From: a virus
Virus record (IMG/VR): IMGVR_UViG_3300037487_001184
Span: 32,001 to 96,000 of that record
DNA: 64,000 nucleotides
Direction: 5' to 3' (one strand)
Shown: positions 56,835 to 64,000 of the stretch, piece after piece
How positions within the stretch are numbered: position 1 is the first letter of the stretch
How the letters are laid out: every line of letters begins with the position of its first letter
Position numbers and translations under genes: made by a program
Notes under the pieces: model-generated
Seen by the model: the letters and a program-made list of their open reading frames with translations, nothing else
Databases searched by the model: none
Told to the model about the DNA's origin: nothing

Positions 56835-59678
56835 TTAATTTGTATAACCGCCCTGTGGTGGTACTTCAGCAGAACCCCCCACTCTAACGTCCTGTGCCAT
56901 GCCAGGTCCTGCTATCTTAATTCCTGCAATAGCTGCTGCCACTCCTGCTAAAGCCGATGCAATACTAGTTCCACCAGTACTAATACTTGCTGCCACTGTG
57001 TTGCTAACATCAGTTATAACACCACTAGAAGCCTCAGCATCAGACATCCCTGTTTTACCCCCAGCAGCGACCACGGACTCCATTGCTCCTTCCATCCCTT
57101 CTGGATACAAATCAACACCTGAAGCAAGACCTTCTTTATCGAACCAACTCCCTACATAATCTCTATTTAATTTTATGCCTCTTTTAAGTTCACCCCCCCA
57201 ATAATCACCAGCAACATTATCATCTTTACGATTGGGATCTGAGAGACTATTCCAATACTTCAAGTCTGCTTCATTCTTTAAAACCTGCTGCGCCTTTGTT
57301 TGTGTTGAATCTGGAGCATACCTAGATAAAAAGTTTGAAAGGAATGAGTTTGAGGCAGCAAATTGAGCAACGTCTCTAGAAAAGTTAGCAGTAGCACGTT
57401 GATAAACTGTAGAAGCATCTAATAACTTATCAGCACCAGTAACGGTATCTCCTTGACCATGAAAAGCCTCCTTAGCTTCTGCTGAAACTTGTTTTACTTG
57501 TTCCCTAATAAGAGGATTGTTCATAGAATCCATTACTCCCAACACTTCCAGACTCTTCACTCCGCGCCTAGCTTCTCCTTTACCAAATATATCATCCGCA
57601 CGAGAGGAACTCTCTCCTACTAAATTCCATAATTTAGATGGGTCTTCTGCATATAACGCTGGGGTCATCTGCTCAATAGACTGCCCACCAAACTCAGGCA
57701 ATGGTTTTGTAATCACCCTTCTATTATGTGTTTGCACCCCAGACTTACTAACATAAGCAGGTGTAAACGCCTTCGCTCCCCTAACAAAGAAATCCCTTGG
57801 TTGTTTACTCATCCATTTTAGTTGCTGAGGGGTAAGCTTATATGGGTCCTCTGGCAAGTACCTAGATTCAAGAACTTTTCCACGCGTAGCACCCATCGCT
57901 ACTATTCTATTAATATCCTCCATATTTTTTCCGGTTAAATGTCTAAGTTGTCTACCTTGAGTATTGGCTTTCATGCCCATTGCTCTGGCTGAAAAAGCCA
58001 TTCCAATTTCTTGTTCAATCGGTCTCCCTGTATTTAAAAGGGACTGAAATGTATACCTACCACTAGCTATCAAATCCCTAAACCATCCAGAAGAGAACGT
58101 TTCCCCTGCCCTGACCATATTCTGAAACTTAGTAAATCCAGCAGCCGGGTCTTTTGCCATAATATCTTTAAACTGAGGATGTTTTGTTAACAACTCAAAC
58201 ACAGTAGGCATCTCTAGTTGCGCCTGTTGAGGAGTCATTTTTCCTAATCTAGCACCAACTATCGCATTCTCAGTTAACTTATCCATCTGCCCCGGTGCCA
58301 TATTCTTAGTACCACCCAAACCCATAAACTCCGCCCGCATACTAGCAAAGTCTCCAGAACCTATCCCCTTTAAACCACCATACTTTGCCGATATGTCTGT
58401 ACCAGTCATAAAAGCAGCTTCAACTTGTTCCTTAGTAGCACCAGCAGCGTACATATTAACAGCAGATTCTGTAAACTCTCCTCGATGCCTTTGTGTTATG
58501 ACATCACTCATTACATTTCCAATACCTCTGACCGCACTATAAGCAGGTACATATACTACTGCAGAACCCATGCCTCTCCCGAAAGTATTAACACCTTCCC
58601 TAATCGCCCCACCAGTTGCGCTAGCCACTCCTCCAATACGTTCTCTTATATTACCACCAGCACCACTAAACATATGAGAAGGACCCGCATCCCAAGGCAT
58701 CCCCCACTCACCTAACCCAGTTCCGGTAGGACCACCATAATAACGTCCACGCTGTCTAGCATTGTTCTGTCTGGTCCACTCCGCTCTCCTTATCTCCGCT
58801 TCGTTATACTGACTAGACCTACCACCCACATAACCTGGTGCTTGCCAATTAACATAGGCTTGTCTTCCAGCCGCCGTAGTTAGATCAAATTTTGGGGCAG
58901 CTCCCGAAACATGAGCGCCCAAATCCGCAGCAAACTGCCTCATTCTAGGTGTCGGTCCTACACGGTCTGCCCCCCATCTTCCATCTGTCGTTTCAAGAGA
59001 ACCGGCTGGTCTACCTAGACCACCAGCATCCCTTTTCAAAGCTGCGTTGCGTGCTTTTTCTTTTGCTGCGGATAAACTCGCTACATCAGCATCGGCTTGC
59101 ATTGCGGCATCAACTGCTCTTCGGGCTAGTGTAACTTTCTGCACATCTAATGCAAGTTGTTTTTGACCTTTATGCATGGTAGCATATTTTTTCTGCTGTG
59201 CTGTATTCATCGAGGCGACAAGCTGCGCTTCAGTTAATGCACCTTGAAGTGCTGCCTGTAATGCAACAGCTTCCTGTTTACCAGCTTTTGTAGTCTTAGC
59301 GACGCTCATAACGGCAGCTTTGCTTTGTGCCGCTGCAAGTTCTGGAGCGTAAAGTGATGAGGGTGTTAAGTTTTTAGCAGAACCACCCGCCACATTGGCA
59401 AACATATTTCGAACATTACCAATTACTCTCTTGGCTTCAGTCTCAAAAGCCTTCAAACTATCAGTGCTTATTTTAGGCTCAACAAGAATATCACCGGCTG
59501 CTTTCTTTAACTCAGCAAACTGTTTACGCAGCGGAGCAGTCAAATCCTTAGACATGGATTTGCCGACAGTTTGCTCAAGTTTGGCACCTAATTGATTAAA
59601 CTCAGTAGCTATCTTATTTATTTCAGCTTCTAAGTTTCCAACTAGTGAAACACCTATGGTTACATTGGTATCAGGCAC
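56835..59678 (-). CDS. tail tape measure protein
   Basis: long Ala/Gly-rich helical protein after the chaperone genes. Confidence 0.78.
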   Translation of the reverse strand: MPDTNVTIGVSLVGNLEAEINKIATEFNQLGAKLEQTVGKSMSKDLTAPLRKQFAELKKAAGDILVEPKISTDSLKAFETEAKRVIGNVRNMFANVAGGSAKNLTPSSLYAPELAAAQSKAAVMSVAKTTKAGKQEAVALQAALQGALTEAQLVASMNTAQQKKYATMHKGQKQLALDVQKVTLARRAVDAAMQADADVASLSAAKEKARNAALKRDAGGLGRPAGSLETTDGRWGADRVGPTPRMRQFAADLGAHVSGAAPKFDLTTAAGRQAYVNWQAPGYVGGRSSQYNEAEIRRAEWTRQNNARQRGRYYGGPTGTGLGEWGMPWDAGPSHMFSGAGGNIRERIGGVASATGGAIREGVNTFGRGMGSAVVYVPAYSAVRGIGNVMSDVITQRHRGEFTESAVNMYAAGATKEQVEAAFMTGTDISAKYGGLKGIGSGDFASMRAEFMGLGGTKNMAPGQMDKLTENAIVGARLGKMTPQQAQLEMPTVFELLTKHPQFKDIMAKDPAAGFTKFQNMVRAGETFSSGWFRDLIASGRYTFQSLLNTGRPIEQEIGMAFSARAMGMKANTQGRQLRHLTGKNMEDINRIVAMGATRGKVLESRYLPEDPYKLTPQQLKWMSKQPRDFFVRGAKAFTPAYVSKSGVQTHNRRVITKPLPEFGGQSIEQMTPALYAEDPSKLWNLVGESSSRADDIFGKGEARRGVKSLEVLGVMDSMNNPLIREQVKQVSAEAKEAFHGQGDTVTGADKLLDASTVYQRATANFSRDVAQFAASNSFLSNFLSRYAPDSTQTKAQQVLKNEADLKYWNSLSDPNRKDDNVAGDYWGGELKRGIKLNRDYVGSWFDKEGLASGVDLYPEGMEGAMESVVAAGGKTGMSDAEASSGVITDVSNTVAASISTGGTSIASALAGVAAAIAGIKIAGPGMAQDVRVGGSAEVPPQGGYTN

Positions 59679-59937
59679 TTTTCCTCTTCTTTTTAGCCTC
59701 TTTTTTCTCGAACTCTATCTGAGCTAGGTACTGTTTCCATGTATCTTTTCTTACTGAGCTGGGCCAGGACATAATATCATTCTTGCTTTCTTTCATGTGC
59801 CACTCAAGATTAAACACATCTTGATTGAATCCTTTAAGTGTTTCATAAACAAGTGGGCACCATATTGAAGCATCTCTATAACCCCATTGTACAAACTCAC
59901 CAGCCACCTGGCGAGCTAGCCCGTTGGAAATAAAAAA
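59671..59937 (-). CDS. tail assembly chaperone, -1 frameshift extension (GT-like)
   Basis: open -1 frame beginning at the slippery site; DIMSWPSSVR resembles chaperone C-termini. Confidence 0.65.
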   Translation of the reverse strand, partial: FFISNGLARQVAGEFVQWGYRDASIWCPLVYETLKGFNQDVFNLEWHMKESKNDIMSWPSSVRKDTWKQYLAQIEFEKKEAKKKRKSA

Positions 59938-60623
59938 TCCGGGTGTGTAAGCACATTCACCAACGCGGGAGAACTGCACTTAGGGCACACCAACTTAGCC
60001 ACAGAATCATAACCACATACTAATTTACTTCTAGCCTTTCTTATTGCTCTATGATCAGCAGAAGGGAATTTAACAACATCTTCATATGAAAAATCATTAG
60101 AGCCATCAATAGACCTAATACTCTGAAACTCACTCTGATTAGAGTCCACGCCGGTATCCAGTTGAGATAAAACAATAGCTTCTTTGTGTCCGGTAAGTAA
60201 ACCAAATACAATTTTCTTTTTAGTCTTTGGAAGTGTAATCTCAACCTCCGGGTCCGCTTTATTCTCTACATCTGGATATGTAAACTTCATAGATTTAAGT
60301 GGAAACTCGTGTGGGGAAACTTCTCCACATACGTAACACATATTGTTGAACTCAAATACTTCACCGTAATTAATCTTATAGCCCTCTATTAACAAATGGT
60401 CTTGATCTGGAATATATAAATCTAATATGTGATCGGTGGTAACTTTCCTCAAACTACCTATTGATTGAACAAGAACTGCTAGGTAATCCACTATCAGTTC
60501 ATACATTTTTTTATTTCTTTTGAGAAGCAGCCTATCAGCGTATCCATCAGTTTCCTGAATAACGACATCTTTTCCGTTTAACGGGAGTGTAACTGTTTTC
60601 TTCTCAAGAACATAATCAGACAT
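59916..60623 (-). CDS. tail assembly chaperone (T4 gp26-like) with zinc ribbons
   Basis: between tube and tape measure; CYVCG, CPKC, ITLPK. Confidence 0.75.
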   Translation of the reverse strand: MSDYVLEKKTVTLPLNGKDVVIQETDGYADRLLLKRNKKMYELIVDYLAVLVQSIGSLRKVTTDHILDLYIPDQDHLLIEGYKINYGEVFEFNNMCYVCGEVSPHEFPLKSMKFTYPDVENKADPEVEITLPKTKKKIVFGLLTGHKEAIVLSQLDTGVDSNQSEFQSIRSIDGSNDFSYEDVVKFPSADHRAIRKARSKLVCGYDSVAKLVCPKCSSPALVNVLTHPDFLFPTG

Positions 60624-60641
60624 AAAGCCTCCCTATTAAAA

Positions 60642-61124
60642 TTATGTTATAATTCGCATAGTCCTTGATTCGTATGCAATCTCCAGCTCTTCAATAACAT
60701 TAGCAGCTTCTCCCAAAGAGTGCCTGTCTCCTAATGTAAAGCTAACAGGAAAACCACGTTTATATTCCCACACTCTAGAGGGGTCTCCCTTCGGATCTAA
60801 CTCATACAAAGTAAAATTTTTCAAGTATGTAGCTGGAATTTGACCATTACCAGTAACCGGGTCTTGACACAGATTCATCCAATCTTCGAAATAAACCCTT
60901 CCAGGTCCATCCAAAGGCGAGACTATACCAAGTGTACAGTTACCATAATTAAGCATCCCTGCTTCTTTAGCCGGGTGGTTTTGCCCAGCCCCTGCGTGCT
61001 GGGTAACACTATTTGTACGAACCCCAGGATTAAAGTGCTGCACTAAAGCAGCCGGAAGTCCATTAATCTCTAATCTAAACTTAAATTGCTTCAACACACT
61101 AATTGCTGCAGCTTCTACGGGCAT
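60642..61124 (-). CDS. tail tube protein (T4 gp19-like)
   Basis: FKFRLEI, FEDW, W....FP, IEELEIAYE. Confidence 0.88.
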   Translation of the reverse strand: MPVEAAAISVLKQFKFRLEINGLPAALVQHFNPGVRTNSVTQHAGAGQNHPAKEAGMLNYGNCTLGIVSPLDGPGRVYFEDWMNLCQDPVTGNGQIPATYLKNFTLYELDPKGDPSRVWEYKRGFPVSFTLGDRHSLGEAANVIEELEIAYESRTMRIIT

Positions 61125-61229
61125 TTTCTAGTTCCTCCTATCAATTTTTGTGCACACAAAAATGAACATGGCGAACATGTTAGATGCTCGCCAGATTCTG
61201 TCAAGGGGATGTCAGGAGATATGTTACTT

Positions 61230-62267
61230 TTAACTAATCCTATTCTTCAACTCCTCTACCCGTAGACAACCGCAAGATTTGGAAGAGCCCCTCTTCAGGT
61301 TGTTTAAAAGAACCTCGGTAACCTTACCACAATCGCACTTACATAACGCATATGTGAGATACTGTTTTCCGTTAGATTTTCTGCATGTATTTACTACGGT
61401 TAATCTACCAAACCTAATTCCTGAAAGGTCTTTCAACTTAGAACCTTGAGGGATATTATACTTAGTACCTGGTTTAGTTCCGGGCGTGTGCGCGTTAGGG
61501 TCCAATATCTTCTCGGGTGGGTCCCCCCGTTCATACCTGTTCTTTAATAACTGATACGAAACTCCAAGTTTCTCTGCCCACTCTCCTATAGTCCGTGACT
61601 CGCCGCCATATGTAAGAATGGTATTTTTAATATCCCTAGTCTTGTTGTCAAGTGTGTTCTTAGATAGAACCTTATCTACAGAAAACTTCGACCTTGACCT
61701 TATTCGTTTATGAATAGTAGTGGCTGGAATATCAAGTTGCTTTGCCCAATCCTCTACAACACGAGTCTCTCCTTTATATGTCAACTTACGATTCGTACGT
61801 TTGTTCCTTGCCTGTTCTCTTAGGCTTTCGTACCTACAGTTCTCTGGAGAATACCCCAAATCATTATCTTTCCTACCTAATGTCTTTCCATCTGGGCATA
61901 TTCCCATATCTTCAAAGAAGTTAGCGAAGCCGTCTTCCCCATCCCACCTATCACAAAAGGTTATCCCTCTCCCTCCATAATTTTTATACTCTTTTCTGTT
62001 AGGATTTCTGCATCTAGCACGCGCCCCTTCCCATATCGTATATTCCTTCTGGTATATACTGTCTTTTGCCGCCCCGCCGTGTTTCACATTAGCGCTGCAC
62101 CCACAAGAGGTGGATTTACCAGTTCGTACTGAATAAGAATCGACGAGTCTCTCTGTTCCACACTCACATACACACTTGTAAAAATAACGTGTAGATGTCC
62201 CCATAACCTTCTTAATGACACCAGTCACTTTCCATTTCCCAAATTTTGTTCCGGCTTTATTTTCCAT
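61230..62267 (-). CDS. HNH homing endonuclease with duplicated DNA-binding modules
   Basis: CVCECG/SCGC at the N-terminus and CKCDCG/SCGC at the C-terminus; YGGRGI, GYSPENCR. Confidence 0.85.
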   Translation of the reverse strand: MENKAGTKFGKWKVTGVIKKVMGTSTRYFYKCVCECGTERLVDSYSVRTGKSTSCGCSANVKHGGAAKDSIYQKEYTIWEGARARCRNPNRKEYKNYGGRGITFCDRWDGEDGFANFFEDMGICPDGKTLGRKDNDLGYSPENCRYESLREQARNKRTNRKLTYKGETRVVEDWAKQLDIPATTIHKRIRSRSKFSVDKVLSKNTLDNKTRDIKNTILTYGGESRTIGEWAEKLGVSYQLLKNRYERGDPPEKILDPNAHTPGTKPGTKYNIPQGSKLKDLSGIRFGRLTVVNTCRKSNGKQYLTYALCKCDCGKVTEVLLNNLKRGSSKSCGCLRVEELKNRIS

Positions 62268-62272
62268 AAAAA

Positions 62273-62326
62273 AACCTCCTTACATTTTCATAAGGAGGTT
62301 ATACCATAAAAAAGATGAAATGTTAA
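62273..62326 (-). promoter_or_regulatory. RBS-sequestering hairpin with overlapping promoter
   Basis: AACCTCCTTA/TAAGGAGGTT 10-bp stem; TTAACA-17-TATAAC. Confidence 0.65.
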
Positions 62327-62427
62327 GTTTTACTCTGGAACGCCGTTTGAGTTTTTCCTCAATAGTATGTTTTTTTGTTCCAGACTGAGAAATAAGCTAC
62401 TTTAAGTATTTTACCTAAGTAGTTGAA

Positions 62428-64000
62428 TTATCTTCGAATCCAACCCGGCAGTTCCTTTAACTCTGTGTAGGTCTCGAAAGCCTCACCCGTTCTAAGTACA
62501 CCTAACTCAAATTCCAGGTAGTAAATAGTTCTCGTAGGCTGGATAAGCGCCCTACAATGGTAAATTCCTCTATCGATATCAAGTCCTGAGTTGATAACAG
62601 CATTCTTTAGTACTCCACCATCAAACCAGGCATCACGGTCGGTCTGCAACGCGTAGTCATAGATATCATACTTATTCTTCCAATCATCAAAAGCAGGTTC
62701 AAGAGTTCTATGAATCTCTCTCCATGTTACAGGATGGTTAGGTTCAAACAAGAAGGTTCTCAGTATCGGCATAAGCATCCTATTCATAACCGTAATAAAC
62801 CTAACAACATTGAGTTCTCTCAATGCGGAAGGTGCTCTTTGAGTAGTTCTCTGCTCCCAGAACATCGCGCCCTCGATACCTACGTATCTAGATATCATCA
62901 GGTAATTGATGCCGTTCTCTGCAAACAAGTCAGAGTAACCTGTAGTCCTATTAGTTTGGATATCAAAATCCAAATCCTCAACAAGTGTTACCACACCTCG
63001 TCTGGGTCCAACAGGAGCGTGACTTGAACCGTAATCATTATCAGTCCTACATAAACAAGATGCTAGATGCCCAAGGTTGGAAACCCACTTCCTAGTATCA
63101 TCCAAGTCATCATAAACCAACGGACGACCGTACCACAAAGAGAACCTATGACTATTGAAAGCCGGATGGCTCCAAGGGGCTCCACCTAGTCTCCAGGTCA
63201 CTGCTTCTTCAGGACGCAATCCGTAAGGCACCATCCCATACCCTAACATATCGGCTCTATCCTCACAGTATACAATCATCGCTTGATAGACCGTAGCAGA
63301 GGTAGTACCTGGAACCATAAGATCCATACTCATATGAGCAGTATCTGCAGCATAAATTCCGGTTTGTGAAGGAGAATCACCTATCCAATCGGAATCATCA
63401 AAATCATCAAGCCCGTTAAACCCACCTGTGAGAGCAACACCCAGTGTCTCATCAGAAAGTTCTGGTCGATTAAGCCACCCAACTTCTGTATAAAAATCAT
63501 TTGAAGAACTTTCATCAGTCACTGTTACAAGTGTAGACCTTTCATTAATGTAGTTAACAAAATATCTCTGAGATGTTGGGTCCATGCTAAGTGTTGGGAA
63601 CCACTCTTGCATGGCACTTTGTCGAAGATAAGAAACCTTTACATCAAAACTACCTCTTGAATCAAGCGCAGAATCGTATATAAACACTCTAAGGTCATCG
63701 CCCCAATCTCCTGGGTCTTTTGATGTGAATGTTGCAGTGTCTTCCTGTACCCCTTCATACCCAAGAACTTCTGTAGTTATAAACCCTAATTTTATAGCTG
63801 AGGATGACTCAGATTTAATTTGTACAGAAGAGTCATCACCAGAAGCTACAGTTCTAAAAGCTAGTTTACCATCTACGGACAGCACAGTAGCCCCTTCTAA
63901 TCCTGCCTCGTTTATTTGAGTAACTAACTGAGCAGAGGTCAATCTAAAAGAAGAGCCCGGTGATGTAGAGGGGCTTCTTTCATAAACACCTTCTACAAAT
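62428..64000 (-). CDS. tail sheath protein (5' part beyond the window)
   Basis: PGDWGD.L.V, APVGPRRG, GINY, QRTTQ, LNVVR, LFEPN; frame stays open to the window edge. Confidence 0.9.
   Translation of the reverse strand, partial: FVEGVYERSPSTSPGSSFRLTSAQLVTQINEAGLEGATVLSVDGKLAFRTVASGDDSSVQIKSESSSAIKLGFITTEVLGYEGVQEDTATFTSKDPGDWGDDLRVFIYDSALDSRGSFDVKVSYLRQSAMQEWFPTLSMDPTSQRYFVNYINERSTLVTVTDESSSNDFYTEVGWLNRPELSDETLGVALTGGFNGLDDFDDSDWIGDSPSQTGIYAADTAHMSMDLMVPGTTSATVYQAMIVYCEDRADMLGYGMVPYGLRPEEAVTWRLGGAPWSHPAFNSHRFSLWYGRPLVYDDLDDTRKWVSNLGHLASCLCRTDNDYGSSHAPVGPRRGVVTLVEDLDFDIQTNRTTGYSDLFAENGINYLMISRYVGIEGAMFWEQRTTQRAPSALRELNVVRFITVMNRMLMPILRTFLFEPNHPVTWREIHRTLEPAFDDWKNKYDIYDYALQTDRDAWFDGGVLKNAVINSGLDIDRGIYHCRALIQPTRTIYYLEFELGVLRTGEAFETYTELKELPGWIRR

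Overview
This 64-kb window is part of a large tailed (myovirus-like) bacteriophage genome. On the + strand (1-6.7 kb) are small accessory genes and a DNA methyltransferase, then an RNA-centred locus behind a near-consensus sigma70 promoter: two HNH endonucleases, six related Y-RNA-like elements, six tRNAs and a Ro60/TROVE (Rsr) gene. One Y-RNA-like element carries a full YrlA-type tRNA-like domain; the other five are short versions, most ending in a different anticodon-like loop. Nearly everything else is on the - strand: tail sheath (cut by the window edge), tube, tail chaperone with a -1 frameshift site, tape measure, baseplate and fibres, two Gly-X-Gln collagen-like proteins interleaved with five glycosyltransferases and an acetyltransferase, a class II ribonucleotide reductase, a likely lysis region, a metallophosphoesterase, a UDG-fused family A DNA polymerase and a portal protein. 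Three HNH genes share a conserved three-way-junction RNA leader. All calls come from reading motifs by eye; no searches or folding programs were run.
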